Source: a virus
Lineage: Duplodnaviria; Caudoviricetes
Virus record (IMG/VR): IMGVR_UViG_2802428829_000001
Span: 33,105 to 97,104 of that record
Strand: one strand, 5' to 3'
DNA: 64,000 nt
Part shown: positions 56,334 to 64,000 of the stretch, in pieces
Numbering within the stretch: position 1 is the first letter of the stretch
Layout of the letters: every line of letters starts with the position of its first letter
Notes under the pieces: model-generated
Told to the model about the DNA's origin: nothing
Database searches by the model: none
What the model saw: only the letters and a program-made list of their open reading frames with translations
Made by a program: the position numbers and the translations under genes

Positions 56334-57809
56334 GTGATCCCCGACTACCTCCTCCTCGGCGAAACCGAGATCATCAACACCGCGCGCCTGCGGGCGTATC
56401 TGGAGACCGTGGGGTCCCCGCTGGACTCGGTCACCCCGTGCGGCTGCGAAACGCTGGAGGCCGAGCACGTCGGGGACGAGCCCTACACCACGCCGGACGC
56501 CGACCCCGCACCGTGGTACGACCCCGACATCCCCGAGTCCGGAGATTTCGTGGGGTTCCTGCCGCTGGAGGTCGAGGGGTTCGACGACCACCCCGTGACG
56601 CGAGAAGTCACCACCAGTATCACGGGCGGAGCGGCGTTCGCGCGGGCGCGCACCCAGCCGCGGACGATCACCGTCACCGGTCTGCTGCTCGGGGTGACGT
56701 GCTGCGCGGTGGCGTACGGGCTGCGGTGGCTGTCGCAGGCGTTGGGCGGCTGCACCGGATCGTCGTGCGGCGGGGACTGCCTGACCGGCTACCTGTGCTG
56801 CCCGGACGACGACGAGGCCGCCGGCCCGGACGGCTTCGATCGGCACCGCCGCACGATGCGTCGCGTCGCGATGACGTCGAGCCCGACGATCACCGCCCGT
56901 ACGGGCAACGGCTGCTCCGGCGTCGGCGGGTGCTCCGTCGGCGCCGACATCCTCACCGTCGAGTTCGTGCTCACGGCGGGGGTGCCGTGGGCGTGGACCG
57001 ACCCGGTGCCGGTCCTCAACGTCGACGTGCCCTCGGACGACGGGGAGTGCATCACCTGGTGCATCCACGGGGGCGACGCGCCACCGCCGCCGGTATGCGT
57101 CGACCTGCCGCCGGGCGGCGTCGACCCCGAGTGCGCCCCGGGCGGCGTGCTGGTGCCCGTCGACGGCGACGGGGACGTCTCGCCCGGTGAGGAGTCCCCG
57201 GGTGAGGGCTGCGTGCAGTGGCCGGTGCTCGACGTCGTAACGGACCCGTGCGTCCGCTGCCGCCTGGCGCCGTGCCCGGACCCGGAAGCCGCCTGCCAGG
57301 ACCCCACCTGCCGTACGCCCACCCCGCCGGAGCCGCCGCCGCCGACCACGTGCTTCTGCACGCAGCTCGCGGTAAACGAGGACTTCTACGACCTCGATCT
57401 CACCTCGGAGCCGCAGTGGTTCGCGAGCGTGCCGATGATCGAGGTCCACGCCGGCAGCACGGATCTGCGGCGGGTCACGATCACCTTCTACGAGCGCACG
57501 GGCGAGCACGAGGGCCTGCCGTGCTCCGACGTCGCCTACGACCAACGGTGCGCCCCGGCCGCGGTGTTCGAGGCGTCGTTCGTTCCGGCCGGCGGGGTCC
57601 TCACCTTCGACGGGCAGGTGGGGCGGGCGCTCGTCGAGTGCCGCGGCGACTGCGAGACCAGCCAGGACGCGCACGGCGCCGACGGCGGGCCGATCACGTG
57701 GCCGGACCTGGACTGCGACCGGTACTGCGTCAGCATCGCCGCGGACGCCATCGTCCCCCCGGCGGACGACGCGCGCATCGTCGTGTCGGTCACCGGCCGC
57801 GAGTACTGA
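56334..57809 (+). CDS. minor tail (distal tail-like) protein, Cys-rich
   Basis: Follows the TMP; APWYDPD.PES; 29 Cys. Confidence 0.75.
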   Translation: MIPDYLLLGETEIINTARLRAYLETVGSPLDSVTPCGCETLEAEHVGDEPYTTPDADPAPWYDPDIPESGDFVGFLPLEVEGFDDHPVTREVTTSITGGAAFARARTQPRTITVTGLLLGVTCCAVAYGLRWLSQALGGCTGSSCGGDCLTGYLCCPDDDEAAGPDGFDRHRRTMRRVAMTSSPTITARTGNGCSGVGGCSVGADILTVEFVLTAGVPWAWTDPVPVLNVDVPSDDGECITWCIHGGDAPPPPVCVDLPPGGVDPECAPGGVLVPVDGDGDVSPGEESPGEGCVQWPVLDVVTDPCVRCRLAPCPDPEAACQDPTCRTPTPPEPPPPTTCFCTQLAVNEDFYDLDLTSEPQWFASVPMIEVHAGSTDLRRVTITFYERTGEHEGLPCSDVAYDQRCAPAAVFEASFVPAGGVLTFDGQVGRALVECRGDCETSQDAHGADGGPITWPDLDCDRYCVSIAADAIVPPADDARIVVSVTGREY

Positions 57810-57826
57810 GCGGAGGCGATGACCGG

Positions 57827-58924
57827 ATGGCGGTGGGATGTGGAACGCACACAGCGGCGATCCACGACCGGGACGGCGCCCTGGTCGCGCGCGCCGAGCT
57901 GCTGCTGGAAGTCGACTGGTCCCGGGCGCTCGACGAAGTCAGCACGGCCCGGGTGCTGGTGCGCCCCGAAGGGGACTGCTGCGAGGAGCTGGCGCGGGTC
58001 CGGTCCTGGCGGCACGAGCTGCACATCCACCGCGACGGCCGGCCGGTGTGGTCCGGGCCGGTCACGCAGGTCGGCTGGCTCGCAGACGACATCGAGGTCC
58101 AGGCCGCCGACGTCCTCGCGTGGCTCGACGTCCGAGTGCCGCACAAGGACATGCAGTTCGGCTCCAGCGACCTGGCGCAGATCGCGGAAACCCTCATCGC
58201 TGACGGGTTCGCCCCGGACGACCCGGGGCACGAGGTCGTCATCGTCGCGCCGAGCCGGGTGTACGGGGCGCGGGAGTACTGGCAGGACGAGGGGCAGACC
58301 GGCGACCACCTGCGGGACCTGGCGAAGACGGGCCTGGACTACACCGCGGTCGGCTCGCGGATCCTGCTGCTGCCGGAGGACTGGACAGAGAAGATCGGGT
58401 CCCTGACCGACGAAGACTTCCCCAATGGGCTGGTGATCACGGAGGAGGGCAGCTCCCTGGCCACGCGGTGGGTGGTCCACGGCAAAGACGACGACAACGA
58501 GCCGCCGTACGCGGTCACCGGCACCGCGGGCGGGGTGGATCCGTACTACGGGCTCATCGAGCGGGTCGCCGTCGAGGACAGCATCCTCGACGCCGGGTCG
58601 GCCACGGCAGCGGCCCGTTCCCGGCTGCGCGCCTCGGCGCCGGCGCCCACGTACATCGACACGTCCCAGGAGACGACCTTGTCGCCGGAAGCGGCAGTCG
58701 ACGTGCCTCTGCTGGTGCCGGGCTGGTGCCTGGACATCACGACGACCCAGACCTGCCGGCGCCTGACCCAGACTTTCAAGATCGCCGGTGTGAAGGTGAG
58801 CGAACGGGCTGCCGGGGAGAGCGTGTCGGTGCAGCTCGCCCCGACCGGCGCCGGCCTCGTCGACGACGGCGGACAGATCAGCCCCGTGGGGGGCGGCGAC
58901 GGTACGGAGGCGGGCGAGATATGA
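57827..58924 (+). CDS. minor tail (baseplate hub-like) protein
   Basis: W.R.LD..S.A, HELHIHRDG..VWSGP, LVPG. Confidence 0.75.
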   Translation: MAVGCGTHTAAIHDRDGALVARAELLLEVDWSRALDEVSTARVLVRPEGDCCEELARVRSWRHELHIHRDGRPVWSGPVTQVGWLADDIEVQAADVLAWLDVRVPHKDMQFGSSDLAQIAETLIADGFAPDDPGHEVVIVAPSRVYGAREYWQDEGQTGDHLRDLAKTGLDYTAVGSRILLLPEDWTEKIGSLTDEDFPNGLVITEEGSSLATRWVVHGKDDDNEPPYAVTGTAGGVDPYYGLIERVAVEDSILDAGSATAAARSRLRASAPAPTYIDTSQETTLSPEAAVDVPLLVPGWCLDITTTQTCRRLTQTFKIAGVKVSERAAGESVSVQLAPTGAGLVDDGGQISPVGGGDGTEAGEI

Positions 58925-59439
58925 CGCTGAGGGGATCAGCCGGCCGTAGGAGCCCGGACGGTGCACTGGTCGGCGTGCTCCGGGAGCTGTCAGGGCAGCA
59001 GCGGCGGGCCGGTACCCGCCCCCGGCGCCGCCGCCTCGGCGACGGTCAACCCGCCCGCGAACCGGCGGGCGTTGCCGAGGTAGAGGGGCCCCGCTGCGCT
59101 GCCGGGCCGCCGGGCGCGCCGGGCCCGCCGGGGGCCGTTGGCCCGCGCGGTGCGCGGGGTGCGCGCGGCCCGGCGCCGGCCGCGGACGTCGTGACCACGG
59201 ATCCGTACGGCGTGGCCACCTGGCAGCCGCCCGCCCGCGGCCGCCGTGCCCGGCCGAACGGGTGGGTGGTCTCGGCGACCCCGGCCGGCGACCGGCCGCT
59301 CCTCGCCGTCGTCGACCACCAGGACGACGAGCTGGGCAGCGGGCAGGTTGCCGTACGGGTGTGGGAACTGAGCGACGGGCTGCCCGTGCCGGCGCCCGGG
59401 GTGGCCGTGCACCTGGTCGCCGTGCCCGCGCCCCGCTGA
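58921..59439 (+). CDS. minor tail protein with short collagen-like run
   Basis: GPPGAPGPPGAVGPRGARGARGPA. Confidence 0.6.
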   Translation: MTLRGSAGRRSPDGALVGVLRELSGQQRRAGTRPRRRRLGDGQPAREPAGVAEVEGPRCAAGPPGAPGPPGAVGPRGARGARGPAPAADVVTTDPYGVATWQPPARGRRARPNGWVVSATPAGDRPLLAVVDHQDDELGSGQVAVRVWELSDGLPVPAPGVAVHLVAVPAPR

Positions 59440-59496
59440 GCTGTGCCCGCGGCTGGCAAGCGCAGCCCCGGCCGGCGCTATTGTGCTGGTGGAGCT

Positions 59497-59513
59497 GCTG
59501 GTTGGGGGCCGGG
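59497..59513 (+). promoter_or_regulatory. late-leader motif
   Basis: GCTGGTTGGGGGCCGGG after TATTGT. Confidence 0.6.
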
Positions 59514-59545
59514 CTGAATTTCCACGCTGTAAGAGGGTGAGCCCG

Positions 59546-60265
59546 GTGGCGTCGGTTTGCGCGTGCGGTGAATATTTCAACGTCGATCCGGAGACAGGCG
59601 AACTCTGCCTCAACCCCGGCATGATGGGGCTGCGACAGATTCTGTATTTCGAGGTCGGAACTCACCAATTCCGGAAGGACGAATACCCGTGGCTGTCCCG
59701 CGTCAGGGCGCGCGTGCAGGCTGGCGGCGGCGGATCAGCCGGTGCGAATGCCGCGGATGGCGAGTGCATCGTGCGCCCGGGGGCGGCCGGCGGCGGCTAT
59801 TCGGAGAGTCTCCTTGAGGCGAGTGCCCTGGGCGACGTGGAGTCGGTGGTGGTCGGCGAGGGGGGCACCCCGGGGTCCGGCAACGCGGACGGCGGTCCTG
59901 GCGGCTCCAGTTCATTCGGCGGGCTCGTTACCGCGACCGGTGGCGCCGGCGGCGCGTCCTCTCAGACTTCGGGCACGAATCCCACCTGCACGTCCGGGAC
60001 GGTCGGGCCGCTTGCGGGGACCGGCGATTTCCGAATCGGTGGCGGAGCTGGTGGCAGCGCCATCCGTCTCACGGGCGCTCAGGGCGTAGCCGGGCAGGGC
60101 GGCGAATCGCATCTGGGGCACGGTGGATGGGCGCGTTCCAGCGAGGGCCAGGGCGGCGCCACCCGCGGTTTCGGCGCCGGCGCCGGTGGGGCGCTGTCTC
60201 ACGGGGAATCGGTGAGCGGTGGCTCCGGCGGCAACGGCCGGGTGATCGTCGAGCTGTACGGCTGA
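59546..60265 (+). CDS. glycine-rich tail fibre domain protein
   Basis: QAGGGG..GGYSE..VVVG.GG..SSFG..G.VIVE. Confidence 0.8.
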   Translation: MASVCACGEYFNVDPETGELCLNPGMMGLRQILYFEVGTHQFRKDEYPWLSRVRARVQAGGGGSAGANAADGECIVRPGAAGGGYSESLLEASALGDVESVVVGEGGTPGSGNADGGPGGSSSFGGLVTATGGAGGASSQTSGTNPTCTSGTVGPLAGTGDFRIGGGAGGSAIRLTGAQGVAGQGGESHLGHGGWARSSEGQGGATRGFGAGAGGALSHGESVSGGSGGNGRVIVELYG

Positions 60266-60312
60266 CCTCGCTGGTCCGGCGGTTAGGCTGGACCCCGGGG
60301 GAAGGGTATGCC

Positions 60313-60329
60313 GCTGGTGCTAGGCCGGG
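60313..60329 (+). promoter_or_regulatory. late-leader motif
   Basis: GCTGGTGCTAGGCCGGG after TAGGCT. Confidence 0.7.
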
Positions 60330-60360
60330 CCTGATCCGTCACGAGAAGGACGTGGTGGGT

Positions 60361-61203
60361 GTGGCCAGATGCGGCTGCGGCATCCAGTGTGGCTGCCGGG
60401 TGGTGGCCGGGGACAACGTCACGGTCGACGGCTCCGGGTCGGCGTCGAACCCGTTCGTGATCAGCACCGAGGTGACGTGCGATCAGGTGAGGCCATGCCT
60501 CCAGGCGGGGCCGGGCATCGAGTACGACCCGGAAACCGGCACGATCGCCGCGGACCTCTCCGAAACCCCCGGGAACACCCTCGTCATCGACGAGGGCGGG
60601 CTGTACGTCCCGGCGGCGTCCGGGTCGCAGGTGGCCGCCGGCTGCGGCCTGTCCGGCGACGGTACGACCGCCGCGCCGCTGACCGCGGCGACGGGCACAT
60701 GGCCGTACGAATGCGACGTCGACACGGCCGCCGGGCTGGTCTACTGCGACAGCACGGGGCAGCTGCGCGCGGAGCCGCGCGGGCAGATCCACTACCAGCA
60801 GGTGCAGCAAGTCGACCAGGTCGACGACGCGTTCGTGCCCACGGGCACGAACAACGTCATCGCCACCCACGAGCTGACCGTCACCAACCCGGATGCGTGC
60901 CGACCGGCGTTCATGATCGTGGAGTGGGAGCAGGACGTCGACCTCACGATCCCGCCGGGCTCCGGCGCAGCGATCGGCATGGGCGACGACACGGTCACCT
61001 TCACGCAGAACACCGGCGACCGGACGATCTTCAACGAGCACCACCAGACCTCGCGGGTCATCACGCCCGGGGTGCAGACCATCCCGCCGGGCGGGAGCTA
61101 CACCATCAGCGTGTCGGTGACCGCGGGCCGGCCGGTGGTGGCGGACACCACCACGTACTCCCGTGTCCAGACCCACATCCGCGCGTGGCTGATCATCCTC
61201 TGA
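60361..61203 (+). CDS. minor tail/fibre protein
   Basis: MARCGCGIQCGC..GSGSASNPFVIS; beta-rich C-terminus. Confidence 0.7.
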   Translation: MARCGCGIQCGCRVVAGDNVTVDGSGSASNPFVISTEVTCDQVRPCLQAGPGIEYDPETGTIAADLSETPGNTLVIDEGGLYVPAASGSQVAAGCGLSGDGTTAAPLTAATGTWPYECDVDTAAGLVYCDSTGQLRAEPRGQIHYQQVQQVDQVDDAFVPTGTNNVIATHELTVTNPDACRPAFMIVEWEQDVDLTIPPGSGAAIGMGDDTVTFTQNTGDRTIFNEHHQTSRVITPGVQTIPPGGSYTISVSVTAGRPVVADTTTYSRVQTHIRAWLIIL

Positions 61204-61217
61204 AAGGGGCGCTGACC

Positions 61218-61511
61218 GTGGAAACGATCTACCTGCGGTACGAGTCCGGGAAACTCGCTGTCCGCTCGGGAAGCCCGGAGCGGCCCGATGTCCCGGCGGA
61301 CGCCGTCGAGATCACCCAGGCCGAGTACGACACCGAACTCGCCGCGATGCAGGGCAGGCGCGACGAGCGTCTCGCCGGCATCCGCGCCGCCGAGCAGCAG
61401 GCGGCCCAGGACGACTACGACGCCCTCGTGGAGGCCGGGGTGTCCGAGGCGACCGCCCGCCGCGTGTCCGGCCTCGGCGCGGCCGAGGCGGCGGCGGGCG
61501 GGACCGTCTGA
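61218..61511 (+). CDS. small tail-associated protein (fibre chaperone-like)
   Basis: EITQAEY, coiled coil, L..AG.SEATARR.SG. Confidence 0.65.
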   Translation: METIYLRYESGKLAVRSGSPERPDVPADAVEITQAEYDTELAAMQGRRDERLAGIRAAEQQAAQDDYDALVEAGVSEATARRVSGLGAAEAAAGGTV

Positions 61512-62566
61512 TGGCCGATCCGCTGTCCGCGGCCGTCGTCCTGCGCGTCCTGAAGCGTGAAGGGCTGACCGTCGTCGAGCACCGCTCGTGGCGCACGCAC
61601 AACCGCAACCACATGGGCGCATGGGGCCCGGTGCACGGCGTGGTCATCCATCACACCGTCACCTCCGGCGTCGACGGCACCGTGGACCTCTGCTACGACG
61701 GCCGGCCCGACTTGCCGGGCCCGCTGTGCCACGGCGTGATCGACAAGCAGGGCCGGGTGCACCTCGTCGGCCACGGCCGCGCGAACCACGCCGGGGCGGG
61801 CGACGACGACGTGCTGCGCGCGGTGATCGCCGAGCAGTTCGGCGACGCCCCGCCGGCGCCGAACGAGACGAACACGGACGGCAACGCCCGCTTCTACGGC
61901 TTCGAGGCCATCAACCTCGGCGACGGCGAGGATCCGTGGCCCGCGGTGCAGCTCGATGCCATCGAGCGCGCGTCGGCGGCGCTGTGCAGGGAGCACGGCT
62001 GGGGCGCGAAGTCGGTGATCGCGCACAGGGAGTGGACGAACCAGAAGATCGACCCGCGCGGGTTCAGCATGCCGGGGATGCGTGAGCGCGTCGCCGAGCG
62101 GCTGCGCCACGCGGCCGGCTGGAACCGCGACGACGAGGAAGAGGACGACGTGCCGGAGTTCGTAGGGCTGGGGAAGACGAAGCGGCAGAAGCTCGCCCAC
62201 GGCACGTGGACGACCCTGACGTGGGACAAGGAGTGGGTCGACGAGCCGAACGCGCACGGCGACGGCGGCCGCGCGTTCGTCAAGGGCGCGGCGCTCTACC
62301 AGGGCACCGCCTACCTCAACATCGAGGGTCTGCCCGACGACGGGCAGGTGCAGGCCCGCCTGGTGGAGACCGACGCCAAGACCGGCGAGCAGGTCCACCG
62401 CTACACGCCGGGCGAGCACGGCCCGACCCTCGGCGGCGAGTACTTCGCCTTCCCGATCACCGGCCGCTGCAAGGCCGGCCGGCACACCGTGCTGCAGGTG
62501 ATCCAGCACCGCGGCCAGGACGTCACCGTCGACGGCGACCTCCGGGTGCTCGTCTGGAAGCGATGA
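61511..62566 (+). CDS. endolysin, N-acetylmuramoyl-L-alanine amidase (Amidase_2)
   Basis: VIHHT, LPGPLCH, ANHAG, YGFE, HREW..KIDP. Confidence 0.9.
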   Translation: MADPLSAAVVLRVLKREGLTVVEHRSWRTHNRNHMGAWGPVHGVVIHHTVTSGVDGTVDLCYDGRPDLPGPLCHGVIDKQGRVHLVGHGRANHAGAGDDDVLRAVIAEQFGDAPPAPNETNTDGNARFYGFEAINLGDGEDPWPAVQLDAIERASAALCREHGWGAKSVIAHREWTNQKIDPRGFSMPGMRERVAERLRHAAGWNRDDEEEDDVPEFVGLGKTKRQKLAHGTWTTLTWDKEWVDEPNAHGDGGRAFVKGAALYQGTAYLNIEGLPDDGQVQARLVETDAKTGEQVHRYTPGEHGPTLGGEYFAFPITGRCKAGRHTVLQVIQHRGQDVTVDGDLRVLVWKR

Positions 62567-62868
62567 GCGTGGACCTGCTCGCGTCCGTCGTACGGACCCT
62601 GGTGCCGGTCGGCGCCGGCCTGGTCCTCACGCTGGCCGCGGAGACGGGGCTCGACCTCGACAGCGGCACCGTCACCGCTGCTGTGACCGCTGCGGTCACG
62701 GCGGGTTATTACCTGGCGTTCCGGGGCCTGGAGGTGCTCGCGGGCCGGCTGCGGTGGCAGCCGCTGCGCCGTGTCGCCGGCGCCTTCCTCGGTTACGCCC
62801 GGCCGCCGGAGTACCCGAAGAGCCCGGACGCCCGGCTGGCGAGCCTGGCCCGCGGGATCCGGGAATGA
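62563..62868 (+). CDS. holin (putative)
   Basis: Two TMs, RTLVP..YY...R.LE; follows the endolysin. Confidence 0.7.
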   Translation: MSVDLLASVVRTLVPVGAGLVLTLAAETGLDLDSGTVTAAVTAAVTAGYYLAFRGLEVLAGRLRWQPLRRVAGAFLGYARPPEYPKSPDARLASLARGIRE

Positions 62869-63152
62869 CGTCACCGGAGCAGCAGGCCATCGCGGTCGAG
62901 CTGGAGCGGCTCCGCGGCATCACCGAGGCCAACTTCGCGCGGCTGCACGGGCGGCTCGACGTCGTGCTGCAGCGCACGGACCGCGCGGAGGAAGACGTCA
63001 GGAAGCTCCGCGAGGACCACAACCAGGATCTCGCCGAACTCCGGGCCGAGGTGGAGGCGTTGAAGCGGGGCCGGTGGCCGCTGCCAGCGGTCGGCGCGCT
63101 GACCGGTCTCGGCGCGCTGGCCGTCGCGGTCCTTCAGTACGTTGGCAGATGA
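62865..63152 (+). CDS. coiled-coil plus TM protein (lysis-associated)
   Basis: ELERLRG..L.GRLD..RWPLP plus TM. Confidence 0.7.
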   Translation: MTSPEQQAIAVELERLRGITEANFARLHGRLDVVLQRTDRAEEDVRKLREDHNQDLAELRAEVEALKRGRWPLPAVGALTGLGALAVAVLQYVGR

Positions 63153-63202
63153 CCGCGAGAATTTCGCTGCACTACCCGGGTGCTGCGCCGATATATCGGC
63201 GC

Positions 63203-63502
63203 TCAGAATAAGGGGACGCTGCTCCATTCATTCCATGCGTAAACGATGACGACGAACAGCAGAATCTTCACGAGACACCCCAGAGCCCACCGGTCGGCCT
63301 CCTCATTCGCGCAGAAGTTGCACACCCGGCCAACGCCCTTGCATCGCGGGCAAGTCTTCCTTCCGGCGCCATTGCAAGTTCCACATTTCCACTCTATCTC
63401 GCCGTTAGTGTGACTCCTTTTCCCCCGACAGCTAGGGCACTTCCAGCGGCCGGCGGAATTGCATCTAACGCATGGTTCTAAGTGGTGGTCGTGGGGCTTC
63501 AC
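63203..63502 (-). CDS. DnaJ-type CxxCxGxG zinc-finger membrane protein (low GC)
   Basis: Five CxxC pairs, C-terminal TM, AT-rich codons. Confidence 0.65.
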   Translation of the reverse strand: MKPHDHHLEPCVRCNSAGRWKCPSCRGKRSHTNGEIEWKCGTCNGAGRKTCPRCKGVGRVCNFCANEEADRWALGCLVKILLFVVIVYAWNEWSSVPLF

Positions 63503-63652
63503 TATCGGTCACCGCACCTAGGTCCGCTCGATGCCTCTTGCATACCCTCGGATCCTTCGCTGCGCACTCCACGGGAATTGATCCTTTAGTTCGCAACTGG
63601 GCCGGAGCGTGCCTGGCGGAGCGGCGGCGCGGCGCGGAGGCGTGCCGTCGCG

Positions 63653-64000
63653 TCAGTCGTCGACGGCCCGCCCGGCGTCGTCCTGCTCAGGTCGCCGCCC
63701 GCTGCCACCGGCCGCCGACGGCTCCCCGGTCGACAGGACGAGCATCACGCTGGCGTCCCAGCGATAGGTGCGGCAGAAGGTTTCGGGCCGGCCGCCAAGA
63801 TCCCGGGCAGGAAGCCGGATCGTGAGCTGCAGGCCGATGGTGCGGTCCGGCCAATCATGCCTGGCCATCACGCTGGCCGGGCGCCAGTCGTCATCCGTGA
63901 AGACGAGCAGGCGCGGCGGGTGCGTCGCCGAGTAGATCCGGACGCGCGGCGGCCGGCCCATGGCGGGGCGCCACGGCGGCACCTCCACAGCATCGGCCAT
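63653..64000 (-). CDS. hypothetical protein (start at window edge)
   Basis: W..A.V.ARHDWPD..RTYRWD. Confidence 0.6.
   Translation of the reverse strand: MADAVEVPPWRPAMGRPPRVRIYSATHPPRLLVFTDDDWRPASVMARHDWPDRTIGLQLTIRLPARDLGGRPETFCRTYRWDASVMLVLSTGEPSAAGGSGRRPEQDDAGRAVDD

Noticed and set aside
59100-59175. Collagen tail fibre
   Set aside because: Only about eight Gly-X-Y triplets, too short to call a collagen fibre.

Overview
High-GC, Streptomyces-like temperate siphovirus or prophage segment. No integrase, replicase or att site is recognisable inside the window. From left to right: (1) an excisionase/AlpA-like gene and a plasmid 'spread'-like membrane gene module with clt/TRS-like DNA repeats (0.02-5.9 kb); (2) a lipoprotein and an accessory/early region organised by two small HTH repressors, each with its own repeated palindromic operator (6-23.5 kb), carrying DUF3560, ParB, an amino-MTase, a DUF488-like gene, a C5-MTase and a truncated ComM-like gene; (3) a DNA-modification block just before the terminase: a PAPS-reductase/DndC-like gene, an unannotated non-canonical tRNA-Gly(UCC), a degenerate-MTase/GNAT (Mom-like) fusion and a ParB-N gene; (4) a full morphogenesis region: terminase, portal, MuF-ADP-ribosyltransferase, a 2H-phosphoesterase/protease polyprotein, two capsid proteins, a 1732-aa modular Cys-rich fibre, nitroreductase, GT2-like and Stealth-like enzymes, tail genes with a -1 frameshift, tape measure and minor tails; (5) lysis genes. 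Best candidates for new biology: a dedicated non-proteinogenic tRNA-Gly feeding a Mom-like DNA aminoacyl-transferase; a virion surface-modification system (Stealth/GT2/nitroreductase plus recurring D/E-x-S-P-G/S tags and C-terminal Ser on very Cys-rich outer virion proteins); and a 17-nt motif repeated in seven late-gene leaders. All protein calls come from motif recognition by eye, with no database search.
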